Shown: in pieces, positions 54,661 to 64,000 of the stretch | Position numbering within the stretch: the first letter of the stretch is position 1 | Layout: the number at the start of each line of letters is the position of its first letter | Source: Rebecca billardiae RCC1528 | Lineage: Eukaryota; Protista; Haptophyta | Reading direction: 5' to 3' | Assembly: GCA_965240325.2 (NCBI GenBank) | Contig: OZ251223.1 | Coordinates: forward strand, 434,001-498,000 | DNA: 64,000 bases | The notes under the pieces: model-generated | What the model was told of the DNA's origin: nothing | Seen by the model: the letters and a program-made list of their open reading frames with translations, nothing else | Databases searched by the model: none | Program-made: the position numbers and the translations under genes

Positions 54661-55613
54661 CGGTGCGCTACTCAGCCCCTGCCGCCAGGCTGGGCACGTG
54701 CTACTGCACTGCTTGCGCGGCGCCCCGCAACTGGACTAATCGTCATTGTGTGCAGCGCAAGTCACTGCAAGGCGGGGCGACTGATTCCGTACAGTATATA
54801 TTAAATCGGTCCGCCGGTTCGAATTAAGCGGTCGGCTGCACGATGAGTGCTGCCCTGGTCGGCCCCAATGAGGTGCGCCAGTCGGCTGCCGACGCGGTGC
54901 CCGCCTGCAGGTACGCTCGGCTCTGACTCCGTTTATTACTCGCGCCTAATTATATGCTGCGGCCTGCCTGCGCTGCATCTCAAGACCAGCAGGTAATATA
55001 GGAAAAGTGGCGGTAGTGATGATCAGTGATGAGTCGTAGACTAGTAGTGATGATATGTACTCGTAACAGTCGTAACACTAACCGAGTCGTAACACGAGTC
55101 ACCTGCTGATGCGCACTGCAGCAGCAATTATTCATCACCGGCCAGCAGGCAGCACTCTCCGCGCGCACTGACCGCGCGGGCCGCCCGGGCTGTTCACTAC
55201 GACCTATACTTAATTTATTATTTTCTTAATACTACTATGGCGGGCCGTAGGTCCGCCCCTTGTAGTGCCCGGGAAAAAGATAAGATAAGAAAAATAAAAA
55301 AGAAAATCGCCTCGCTATATATATATTACCGCTACTACTATACGGCCGACGACTGATCGGGCTGACGATATGACGCGGTCCGCGCCGCGTCAGTGGCGGA
55401 GTACTATACCGTAATGCCCGCAGCTCATTCTCGGCCGTCGTTGAGTACGACGCCTCCGGGAGTTTACTTACCCCCATATACAGCCCTGCCCCGTCGCCCG
55501 TGCTGACTCCGCTGACAATGTCTGGTCGTGTCACATCGTCCTTACCCAGCCGCGGCAGCCGCCGGCCGGGGGGCCCATCTGCCATCACAAGTCCGGTCCG
55601 ACCGGTTGCCGCA

Positions 55614-56954
55614 TTAGAACCCATACTTGTCCTCGAGGTACTCGTCCAGATCGATTTCCTCCTCTTCCTCCTCCTCCTCCTCCTCCTCTGCATCCTCTGC
55701 ATCCTCTTTGACGGTGTCCTCGCCCACCGCGTCCTGGAGCAGCTGCCGCACGCCCGCAGAGCCTTCCCCAGGCTGCGCCGCCGGCGCACCGGGCGCGCCA
55801 CGCCGCGCCGTGGCGGCAGCACGCGGAGCCGATGGCGGGGCTGCGGACTCGACTGCCCGGTCTACGGGCCCCAGAGTGAGGACATCGCCCTCCCCGCGCT
55901 TCGCGCCTGGCTGCTCCGCCCCCTTCTCGGCCCGCAGCACGCGCACCTCGACGGCGTCGCCGAGGGCGAGCGCAGCGAGGTCGGCGCGTCCGCGCGGCAT
56001 CTCGCTCGCGTGCAGCAGGCCGGGTGTGCGGGCGCCGACGTCGACGAGGGCGCCGTACGGGAGGCGCTTGACCACCGTCCCACGACGCACGCTGCCCACC
56101 GCCAGCTCACTCGCTGGCTTGCGCGAGCTCGCGCGCCGCCGCTCGCGCGCGCGCGCCGCCCGCTCGCGCTCGAGCTGCTCTGCCGAGCGCTCGCGCATCG
56201 TCACGGTCAGCCGACCGGCCGCGGGGAGGGCCTCGCGCACCCAGAGGTCGATGGGGTCGCCGTCGCGGAGCGTGCGCCGCGCGCGCTCGGAGCGCACGCG
56301 CTGCGCGCGCAGCGCCACGCCCTCGTCCAGCTCGCGCAGCGGCAGCCGCGCGAGCAGCGTCGCGCGCTCGCCGCGCCGCGCCGCCCGATGCACGCCAACG
56401 TCCACGAACGCATCGACAGCCGTCTGCGAGGCGACGACGCCGCGGAGGGGCTGGCCCGGCCGGAGGTCTTCGAGCGCCAGTGTGGGCTCCAGCCGTCGAG
56501 CGCCGCGCTTGCCGGTCGACGTCAGCTTGGCCTTCAGCCGCGCGCTCGCTGGCTGCACGTCCTCGATGCGCAGCTCGACGGTCGAGCCGACAGCGGGCAG
56601 CGCCGCGCGCTGCCGGCGCGCGCTGCGTCGGCGCGCGTTGCGAGTGCCCAGCGCAGCGCGCGAGACGCCAGGGACATCTGCGCTTGCGAGCACGCGCGCC
56701 GTGCGGTTGTGTCGCGCCACCCACCGCGTGGCGCCCACGTCGACGAAGACCTTGGCACCGTGCTGCGCGAGCACTCTCCCGCGCATGATCGCGCCTTGCT
56801 CGAGCGAGTCGAGAGGGACAAGCGGGTCGGCATCGGCGGCACACGCTCGCACGAGCGACCTCGCTCCCGAAACCACGCGCAACGACGGCCGCAGCGACGC
56901 GTGGGAGCCGCCCGCCGAGAGCGCAAGGAGTGCGACGAGCACCGTCGGCGCCAT
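55614..56954 (-). CDS. S1 RNA-binding-domain protein, probably plastid-targeted
   Basis: Signal plus transit-like N-terminus. Three S1-like repeats (GTVVKRLPYGALVDVGARTPGLLHASEM) and an acidic tail. Confidence 0.82.
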   Translation of the reverse strand: MAPTVLVALLALSAGGSHASLRPSLRVVSGARSLVRACAADADPLVPLDSLEQGAIMRGRVLAQHGAKVFVDVGATRWVARHNRTARVLASADVPGVSRAALGTRNARRRSARRQRAALPAVGSTVELRIEDVQPASARLKAKLTSTGKRGARRLEPTLALEDLRPGQPLRGVVASQTAVDAFVDVGVHRAARRGERATLLARLPLRELDEGVALRAQRVRSERARRTLRDGDPIDLWVREALPAAGRLTVTMRERSAEQLERERAARARERRRASSRKPASELAVGSVRRGTVVKRLPYGALVDVGARTPGLLHASEMPRGRADLAALALGDAVEVRVLRAEKGAEQPGAKRGEGDVLTLGPVDRAVESAAPPSAPRAAATARRGAPGAPAAQPGEGSAGVRQLLQDAVGEDTVKEDAEDAEEEEEEEEEEEIDLDEYLEDKYGF

Positions 56955-57255
56955 TCCGCGTGATGAAAGCTTTGGTCCGGTTACGGCAACCCCCGCCCGC
57001 CGGGGGCGTGTCCGGCAGGTCATTCAGGATCAAGAGTCGCGACCGCGAGGTGACATGATTCATATGAAAGTGGCTCGTCGAATATGCGTGTCCACATACG
57101 GAGTGGGCAAAACGATAGCAGGCTGGGTAGCATCCGCCATTCTCTTGACTGAGTTTGTTGAGTGAGTGGCGTGGGGCGGGAGTCGCCATCGCCCAGACTC
57201 ACGCCCGCCCTCCGCGTCGCGCAGCTCCCATCAGCGGAGACGCGCGTGCGCGACG

Positions 57256-58553
57256 ATGGCTCCTCCGATGGGCTTGGAAATACGTGCGTGCGCGTTACGC
57301 GGCGAACTGGTCGGCCCGGGCGCCCACCGCCCCGCGCATGTGTGGCGGCCATGTCTGACGCGCGTCTCGCGCCGCGGCCGCGCAGAGTCCGAGGCGGACG
57401 CGATGAACGTGTCTGGGGAGCAGCCGCCCCTGCGCAAGAACGGCTCGTTCGACCTGAGCGCGACGGGCACCTTTCGAAGCGAGGACTTCAGGGTCGGCAA
57501 GGACGGCATCGGCGGCGTGGCAGCGAACGACAGCGAGCGGCTGCTGCACGGCGTCAAGATCGTCTTCACCGACCTCGACATGCTCGAGGAGCTGGGGCAG
57601 GGGGCGAGCGGCATCGTGCGCAAGGCCGTGCACAAGCCGACTGGCGCGATTGTCGCCGTGAAGACGGTCAACATCTCCGACAGGGGGAAGCGCAGCCAGA
57701 TGGTCAACGAGCTCCGCTCGCTCACCTCGTCGCAGTGCCCGTACCTCGTCAGCCTGTACGACGGCTTCTACGAGGAGATGCAGGTGCACATGGTGCTCGA
57801 GTTCATGGACGGGGGTGACCTCTCGGGGTTCGTGCAGGCGACGAAGGCGCAGACGGGGAAGGGCATCCTGCAGGAGGACATTCTCTTCAAGATCGCCAAG
57901 CAGGTGCTCTCCGGGCTGAGCTACCTGCACCGCAAGCGACACCAGGTGCACCGCGACATGAAGCCCGCCAACCTGATGCTCACCAAGGACGGCCACGTCA
58001 AGATTTCCGACTTTGGGATCTCGTCGGAGCTGGACTCGACCATGGGCATGTGCAACACCTTCGTCGGTGCGCTCGCGCGCGCAAGAGAGAGAGAAAGAGG
58101 GAGAGAGCGGGGGAGAGCAACGGCGGCGCTGCACGCGAGCTGACTGCCCGCCACCGCCCACCGATGTTGCGTGCTCGCACCCGCTGTTCGCGCACGCGCG
58201 CAGGCACGGCCAACTACATGTCGCCAGAACGTCTCAGCGGGGGCGAGTACTCGTACCCGTCAGATATCTGGTCGTTCGGCCTGATCCTGCTCGAGTGCAT
58301 CCTCGGCGAGTACCCGTACCCCAACGCGTCCAACTACTTCCAGCTGCTGAACAACATCCTCGAGGGCGAGGTGCCGACGGTGCCGGCCGATGTGCCGCTC
58401 TCGGACGACCTCAAGGACTTTGTGGGCATCTGCCTGCACAAGGATCCGGCTAAGCGGCCGACGGTGACGGAGCTGCAGGGTCACGCGTGGATGAAGCAAT
58501 TCGACAGCGACGAGATGGACCTGTCGATGAAGCTCGAGGACATCAAGCTGTGA
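57256..58553 (+). CDS. MAP kinase kinase (STE7/MEK); introns 57284-57385, 58067-58203
   Basis: [50 protein letters not shown] (S/T-x5-T loop) and SDIWSFG. Confidence 0.93.
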
Positions 58554-59395
58554 TCGCGGAGCGGGAGTCGGCCGGACGCCCGCGGGAGGGAGTAGCTCTA
58601 TACTCTTAGGAGCAGTAGCTAGTCTCGCAGTACCTCAGCGAATTCGGTTGTAAGTCAATAAAGTTATACCGGTACTCGATCATCACTCAAGGTCCGCCGT
58701 CCCGGAATGATTATTATTATAAATAATATTATATATATATTATAATTTTATAGTTTAGCAGCAGATTAGATGATATCGGATATCGTCGATGATCGCCATG
58801 ATCGGAATTCAGTAATAATACTACTGGGTTAATTCGCGTCTAAATTCTGCTCACGGTGCCCGTAGTACCGGCGGTCATCCGTCATGCCCATGCCATTGCG
58901 GTCCGCAGCGCCTCGCGGACTGGCTGAGTAGTGGCTCCGCCGTTTACTCGGGCGGTCCGCCTCACCACGTGGGGCGGGTTTGACCGGGAATCTCCGCTGA
59001 CTCGTCCGGGACTCCGGGAGTACCGGCGCGGTTCAGTCCGTCGCGGGCAGATCGACTGCTATCAGCTATGCGGCCGCTCGCCGCGCCTGTCAGTCACTGT
59101 CAGTGTCAGACTCAAGACTGCGCCGCAACACTAGACGAGTGATGACTAGTCCACTAGGCACTATGATACAGACTCGCGCACTAGTTACTCAGACTACTGT
59201 CACTGTGACTACTGACTGTGTTGACAGTGATGTACGCGTCGGATCGTCCGGCCCGTCCGGGCGGTCGGCCGTCGGACCCGACTACCGTACAAGTACTCAA
59301 GTACCGCAATGCGGAGCCCGACGAAAGTCTGTACTACAAGGCACTCATCACTACTAATCATCACGGAATGAACATGGCAGCCAGAGTATCAGCGG

Positions 59396-61289
59396 TCAGT
59401 ATGCTGGACTGCAGCTCCCCGCTTCGTCGCCATCATCGTCGACATCAGTGACGGGCCTCACGTCGTCGCACCTGCCGGTCAGATCGTCATCAGCGTCATC
59501 GTGATCGTCACGATCGTCGTCGTCCAAGGTGGCGTACGCATGGTCCCGCGCAGCGCCATCATCGCCATCACAGCCTGCTCGTAGCTGGGAGAGCAGTCCG
59601 AAATGGTCCGAAGACGCGGCATCGGCACCGCCGTCCGCCTCGCGGACAAGCTGAGTGCCCCGGCCGGCTGGGGTAGGGCTACCCCTGCCGAGCGGCGAGG
59701 CAGGCTGTGGCCCATCAGCGACAGCGCCTGGGCGCATCGCCGCCGCTGCCACTGGTGTCGCCGAGGTGCCCTCGCTGAGCGGGGCAGGGAATTCGGCCTC
59801 GGCGACGACGCCTGCCGGCCCGGCCGCAGCCGGCTGCGGTGTCTTGCGCCGCGCAGCCCCGCGGCGCTGCTCAGCCCGGCCCGGCCCCGGCTGCAGGCGT
59901 TGCCGCTGGCGCTCAGCGCTGGCTGCCGCCGGCGCAGGAAGCAGGTGAGCGCTGCCGCAGCGCGGTGGCGATTCCGCCCGCCCCTCCCCCGAGAGCCTTG
60001 TGTACGCGTCCACGATCGCGGCGAGGGTCTGGTTGCGCGCGAGCTGCCGCCGCCACGCGGGCGCCTTGCACAGCGGGCCTGGCGCCGCCGCGCGCGGAGG
60101 GAGGGAGGGTGGGGTCGGGTGTGAGTGCGGGCGCAGCTGCACGTGTGGACAGGGGCCGTGTGGCCGCGCGGCCGCGCGTGCGCGCACATTCCTGCCGCTT
60201 CGACGCGCGCATGCTCTCGAGGATGCACGCCTTGCAGAAGGTGTGCATGCACGGCAGCGAGTGAGGCTCCTCGTACGTGCTGAGGCAGATGGCGCACCGG
60301 AGCTCCTGCGCGAGCGCTGCGACGCCCGCCGCCGCCGCCGGGTTGCGCGCGGCGGGGGAGCCGCCGGCAGCGGGCGGTGCGGTGGCGTCGACGCGGGCCT
60401 CCGCGTCTCTCGGTCCCGTGGGGGCGTTGCCGCGAGCCTCCGCGTCTCCCCGACCGCAGCTGTCGAGGTGCCTGAACAGCTCGCCCTCGTCGGCAAGCCG
60501 CGCGGCGCAGCACGGGCAGCTGACGCCGAGCGCCGGAGCGGCCGGAGGGGGGACGGAAGGCGCGGCGGGCGCAGGGCCCGGCGCTGCAGCCGTGTCCGGC
60601 ATGTCGTGGGTGCTCGCAGGCGCGCATGGCTGGCATGCGGCGCCCCCGCCCGGCTCACACGCGCCATCCGCCGTCGTCACGCCGCACTCCTCGTCGATGT
60701 GCTTTCCCATCAGCTCGACGCTCACACGCACGCCACAGCAGGGGCATGGCACCGACGCTGCGTGCGCGTCGCCGGGAGAAGGGTCGGCGTCGGGGCCTCC
60801 GGGCTCGAGCGCGGGCGAGGCGGCGGGGTCTGGCTGCGACCCGCCGCATTCGTCGGGCCGGCTCCCCGCCGCCACCTTGGTGCACTGGAAGTCGAGATGG
60901 TCGTCCAGCTGCAGCGTGTGCACGCGAAGCTCGCACGCCGGGCAGCGCGTCCACGCGCCGCGGCCCTGGGAGGCAGGGCCGTGCAGCGGCGCGGGAGCAG
61001 GGGTGTCGAAGTTCTGGCCCCAGAACGCACTGATGGGCTTCTGCGCCGTCGGCGCGTGCGTGCCACCGCGCCCTGCCCGCTGCGCCGCTGCGCCGGCCAG
61101 GGTGGGCACCGACTTGGCGCTTCCGAACGGCTGGGTGAACATGGCGCCCCAGGGCGCGTCCGGTGGATCGGGCGTGGTGCACGGCGCGTAAGGCCGTAGC
61201 GGGGCTGATGACGGGGGCAGCGAGCTGGGCCCCGCATCCCCGCTGCTGATGTCACAGCCGTGCGCCAGCGGGCGCTTCCGAGACGACAT
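59396..61289 (-). CDS. RING E3 ligase with PIP-box and three UBZ4-like zinc fingers; intron 60079-60187
   Basis: QKPISAFW; CPAC..HLDFQC, CPCC..HIDEEC and CPCC..HLDSC; CAIC...PCMHTFC..C...CPLC. Confidence 0.82.
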
Positions 61290-61443
61290 CGTGATCGCCG
61301 ATCTTGTCAAATGTTGAACTCCCGGAGGCCGTTGTTGGCTTGTTGCTACGTCCGACAAACCGCGGCTTGACCGCGAACTTTCCGGAATCCGGACCGACCG
61401 GAACTCGCCCCGCGCGGCTTGCGCCCTCTCTGGCAGTGGCAGG

Positions 61444-62139
61444 ATGGAGCCCAAGCAACGCGCATCTTGGGGACAGCCCTCGCAGCTGTCGGGCTCACGA
61501 CCAGAGCCCTCGGCGGCATCGCCAAGACCCCCAGCTCCGCCGCCACCACCACCGCTACAGCTGCCGACCCTCGCGGCTCTCGCCCTGCGCACGCTGCTTT
61601 TGACCGAGTACGAGGAGGAATCTAGGCGCGTCGTGGAGGACGTGTTCGTCCACCATGTTGGAATGGAGCGCGTGCTCTCGCTCGTGCGTCAGCCCGAGCT
61701 GTTTGGCCGGCTCTCGGACTATCCAACCCTCTGCGACACCATCCGCGCAGCGATGGCGGGCAATGCCTCCCGCGCGAGGCAAATGCTGGGCACGCTGCAT
61801 GACGCTAGCAGCTCGCAGCGGTTGCAGTTCGGCTCTGCGCAGGCGATTGCACATGCCAGTGGCATCATCGCCGCGTGCGATCGGCTCTTGTGCACGGGCA
61901 TGTTCAAGCGCGACATTGTGGGGCCGCCACTTCCCCCGGAGCTCGCGAACAGCGTGCGCGGGCTGCGCAAGAAGGCGCAGCGGCTTGTGCCGGCTGCAGA
62001 TGGCATTGGGCACGTGCGCGGACCGGCAGGACGCGGCTGGCGCGGGGGCACGGCGATGGGCAACGCCGAACGGGAGCGACGCGACGGTACCATCTTGGCT
62101 GCATACGCGCTGAAGCGACTGGACCTGCACACCGGATGA
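61444..62139 (+). CDS. Hypothetical protein (231 aa)
   Basis: ATG in good context, globular-looking helical core, divergent from the RING gene. No family recognised. Confidence 0.55.
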   Translation: MEPKQRASWGQPSQLSGSRPEPSAASPRPPAPPPPPPLQLPTLAALALRTLLLTEYEEESRRVVEDVFVHHVGMERVLSLVRQPELFGRLSDYPTLCDTIRAAMAGNASRARQMLGTLHDASSSQRLQFGSAQAIAHASGIIAACDRLLCTGMFKRDIVGPPLPPELANSVRGLRKKAQRLVPAADGIGHVRGPAGRGWRGGTAMGNAERERRDGTILAAYALKRLDLHTG

Positions 62140-63194
62140 CGCAGAGGGCTGCGGCTGCGAAGCAGCGCCGTCACTGGGCTCTGGCTCCGGTTCAGACCCC
62201 TGCCAGTCCGGTCATAGAAACCGGGCGTACCGAAAATGATCTTCGCACTCCTGCGGCCGAATGAATTAACGCGGACGCCCGAAGTGTCCCACAGGGCCCC
62301 AAGTAGGGTTGCTATGGATGGCCAATAAGTGCCCCCGGGAGGGCGGTGTCGCGGCCACTACTCCGTCCGAGTTTGCGGATAAAGCCTGCAGTGCCGTACT
62401 TGACAGATTAGACTCTATTTTTCATAGCAGCTATTTACCCAGCCCGGTGACACATTTCCAATAGCTACGGGTGCATCCGGATCGCTCCCGGACCGTGTTC
62501 TGACCAGAGTCTGAAATGGGTAAATAAATAGTAAAATAGAGTCTGAACTGTAGAGGAAGTGCTTGTCGGCCCAATATCGCTCCGATGAAGAGTGAGACTA
62601 CAGAAGTCGTCATCATCTAGGCATCCTGCTTGAGGTCCTCCTGTGCAGTTTTCACGAGTGACTTCATGAAGTCTGAGCTCACAGTGCCCGTCTCTGGCAG
62701 GGGTCAATCGAAGCCAGAGCCACTGCGTCAATCACTCGTCACTGCTGCTACTATTCGCCACCGTTAGTGTGACTTAGCTTGCCCGACCGAGTGACCGGCA
62801 GACCGACGTCCACACTGAGAGTGAGTGCATGGGGCCCGGCGCTCTACTTAGCAGCAGTAGCAGAAAGTAGAGTGTGACGAGTGAGCAGCGCAATTATCCG
62901 AATATCAGGCGCAGCATCCAGGGTCTGCGCAGCTGGCGCTCCGGTCGCTGTTGGGGAGGTCTAACAGGCGGGTACTCTACGTTCACTCAGACTCCTGCGA
63001 CCCGTGCCCCTCACTCAGGGGCCGAGCGTCACTCTGGCAGCCGGCCGTGTCTCAGTTCCGCGCCGGCCCGAGACCGCGGCAGGGGCTGAGTAGCGCCACC
63101 TACATCGCGGCGTTATTGCGCCGTGCACCACATCCCCTGAGTATGCGGCGGCTGGACCATTGCCAGCTGCTCAGCGGTCAGCCTCACAGCCTGC

Positions 63195-63992
63195 TCACCA
63201 CTGGTGGCGCGGCGGCACGCATTGATGCGAGTAGTGCAGGGCGGATTGGCTCACCATGGGCATCATCACGGGAGGGTGAAAGCTGCCGTCACGGCTCCAC
63301 ACCGAGGCACCTGCTGGTGAGGGCGAGCACGTCGGCTGCATGCACGGTGCATTGCAAGTGGGGTGCGGGGCCGGCATAGTGGGCATCTGTGGCACCCATG
63401 CCACGTAGTGCCCGGCCGTCGGAGGTGCATATACGGGCACGGGCCCTGGTGGCTGCATCGCGGACACGCTCGCGACGTTGGCGCGTAGAGTCGCTGGGCT
63501 TGGATCGAGTGAGGTTGGCGCGCTGTAGCGGTGCGTCTGCGGCGTCGAGCACATGGGCTGCGTGACGATGCCGTGATGCGTGCAGCCCCACGCCATATGA
63601 GCCGGCGCCAGTCCGAGCGGGATGCCATGCGCGCGCAGGTCACGGGCGTACGCGTCACCGGCTGAGAGAGCTAGACGCCAGCGTTCATTCGCGGCCTCCA
63701 TCTTCTGCTCGCGCACTCGCCGATTCTGGAACCACACCTGCACCTGACGCGAGGTGGTGCCAAACTGCACAGCGAGACGCTCGCGCTCCGCGGCCTGCAG
63801 GTACGGGTTGATGCGGAAGGAGCGCTCCAGGGCCTGCCGAGCCGTGGCGCTCACCTTCCAGCGGGGCTGCAGGTCGTTGTCGTGCTCATTCGCCTCGGCT
63901 ACAGCTGCACCGTCATTCGTCTTCTCGCCCGACGCTGCTACGGCGGGGCGGAGCGGCGACTCTGAACGCGTCGTCGCCTTCCGCTTCGGCAT
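63195..63992 (-). CDS. Homeobox copy 2, frameshift-truncated (possible decaying duplicate)
   Basis: Highly similar to copy 1. It has a YP->YL change in the homeodomain and an indel giving PPRHQW*; DNA homology continues past the new stop to ~63076. Confidence 0.8.
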   Translation of the reverse strand: MPKRKATTRSESPLRPAVAASGEKTNDGAAVAEANEHDNDLQPRWKVSATARQALERSFRINPYLQAAERERLAVQFGTTSRQVQVWFQNRRVREQKMEAANERWRLALSAGDAYARDLRAHGIPLGLAPAHMAWGCTHHGIVTQPMCSTPQTHRYSAPTSLDPSPATLRANVASVSAMQPPGPVPVYAPPTAGHYVAWVPQMPTMPAPHPTCNAPCMQPTCSPSPAGASVWSRDGSFHPPVMMPMVSQSALHYSHQCVPPRHQW

Positions 63993-64000
63993 AATCTCCA

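Overview
This is eukaryotic, very GC-rich genomic DNA with short GC-rich spliceosomal introns (mostly GTGCG...GCGCAG, one GC-AG). The style is consistent with a haptophyte such as Pavlovales/Diacronema; that assignment is inference. About 23 protein genes are supportable: an arylsulfatase, a C2orf81-like protein, a secreted Cys/His-repeat protein, DUF2306, SAP30BP, CDKAL1, a HET/TIR-like+LRR protein, an HXXXD acyltransferase, an alpha/beta hydrolase, a UBR1-type N-recognin, an ENTH/epsinR-like adaptor, a METTL21-family methyltransferase, a stand-alone MHYT protein, a giant two-module cNMP/ankyrin K+ channel, two inverted homeobox paralogues, a plastid S1-domain protein, a MAPKK, a PIP-UBZ-RING ligase and a few hypothetical genes. 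Six pairs are head-to-head. Intergenic DNA holds several non-autonomous mobile elements. These include a 427-bp-arm foldback, a MULE-like element between (GA)n and (TA)n, a short insertion with 14-bp direct repeats, and TA-CAG termini with matching putative excision footprints. The most unusual is a 684-bp TG...CA element with a 5-bp TSD whose two ends are each ~100-bp loopless palindromes. All family calls come from motif recognition by eye; no database search was run.
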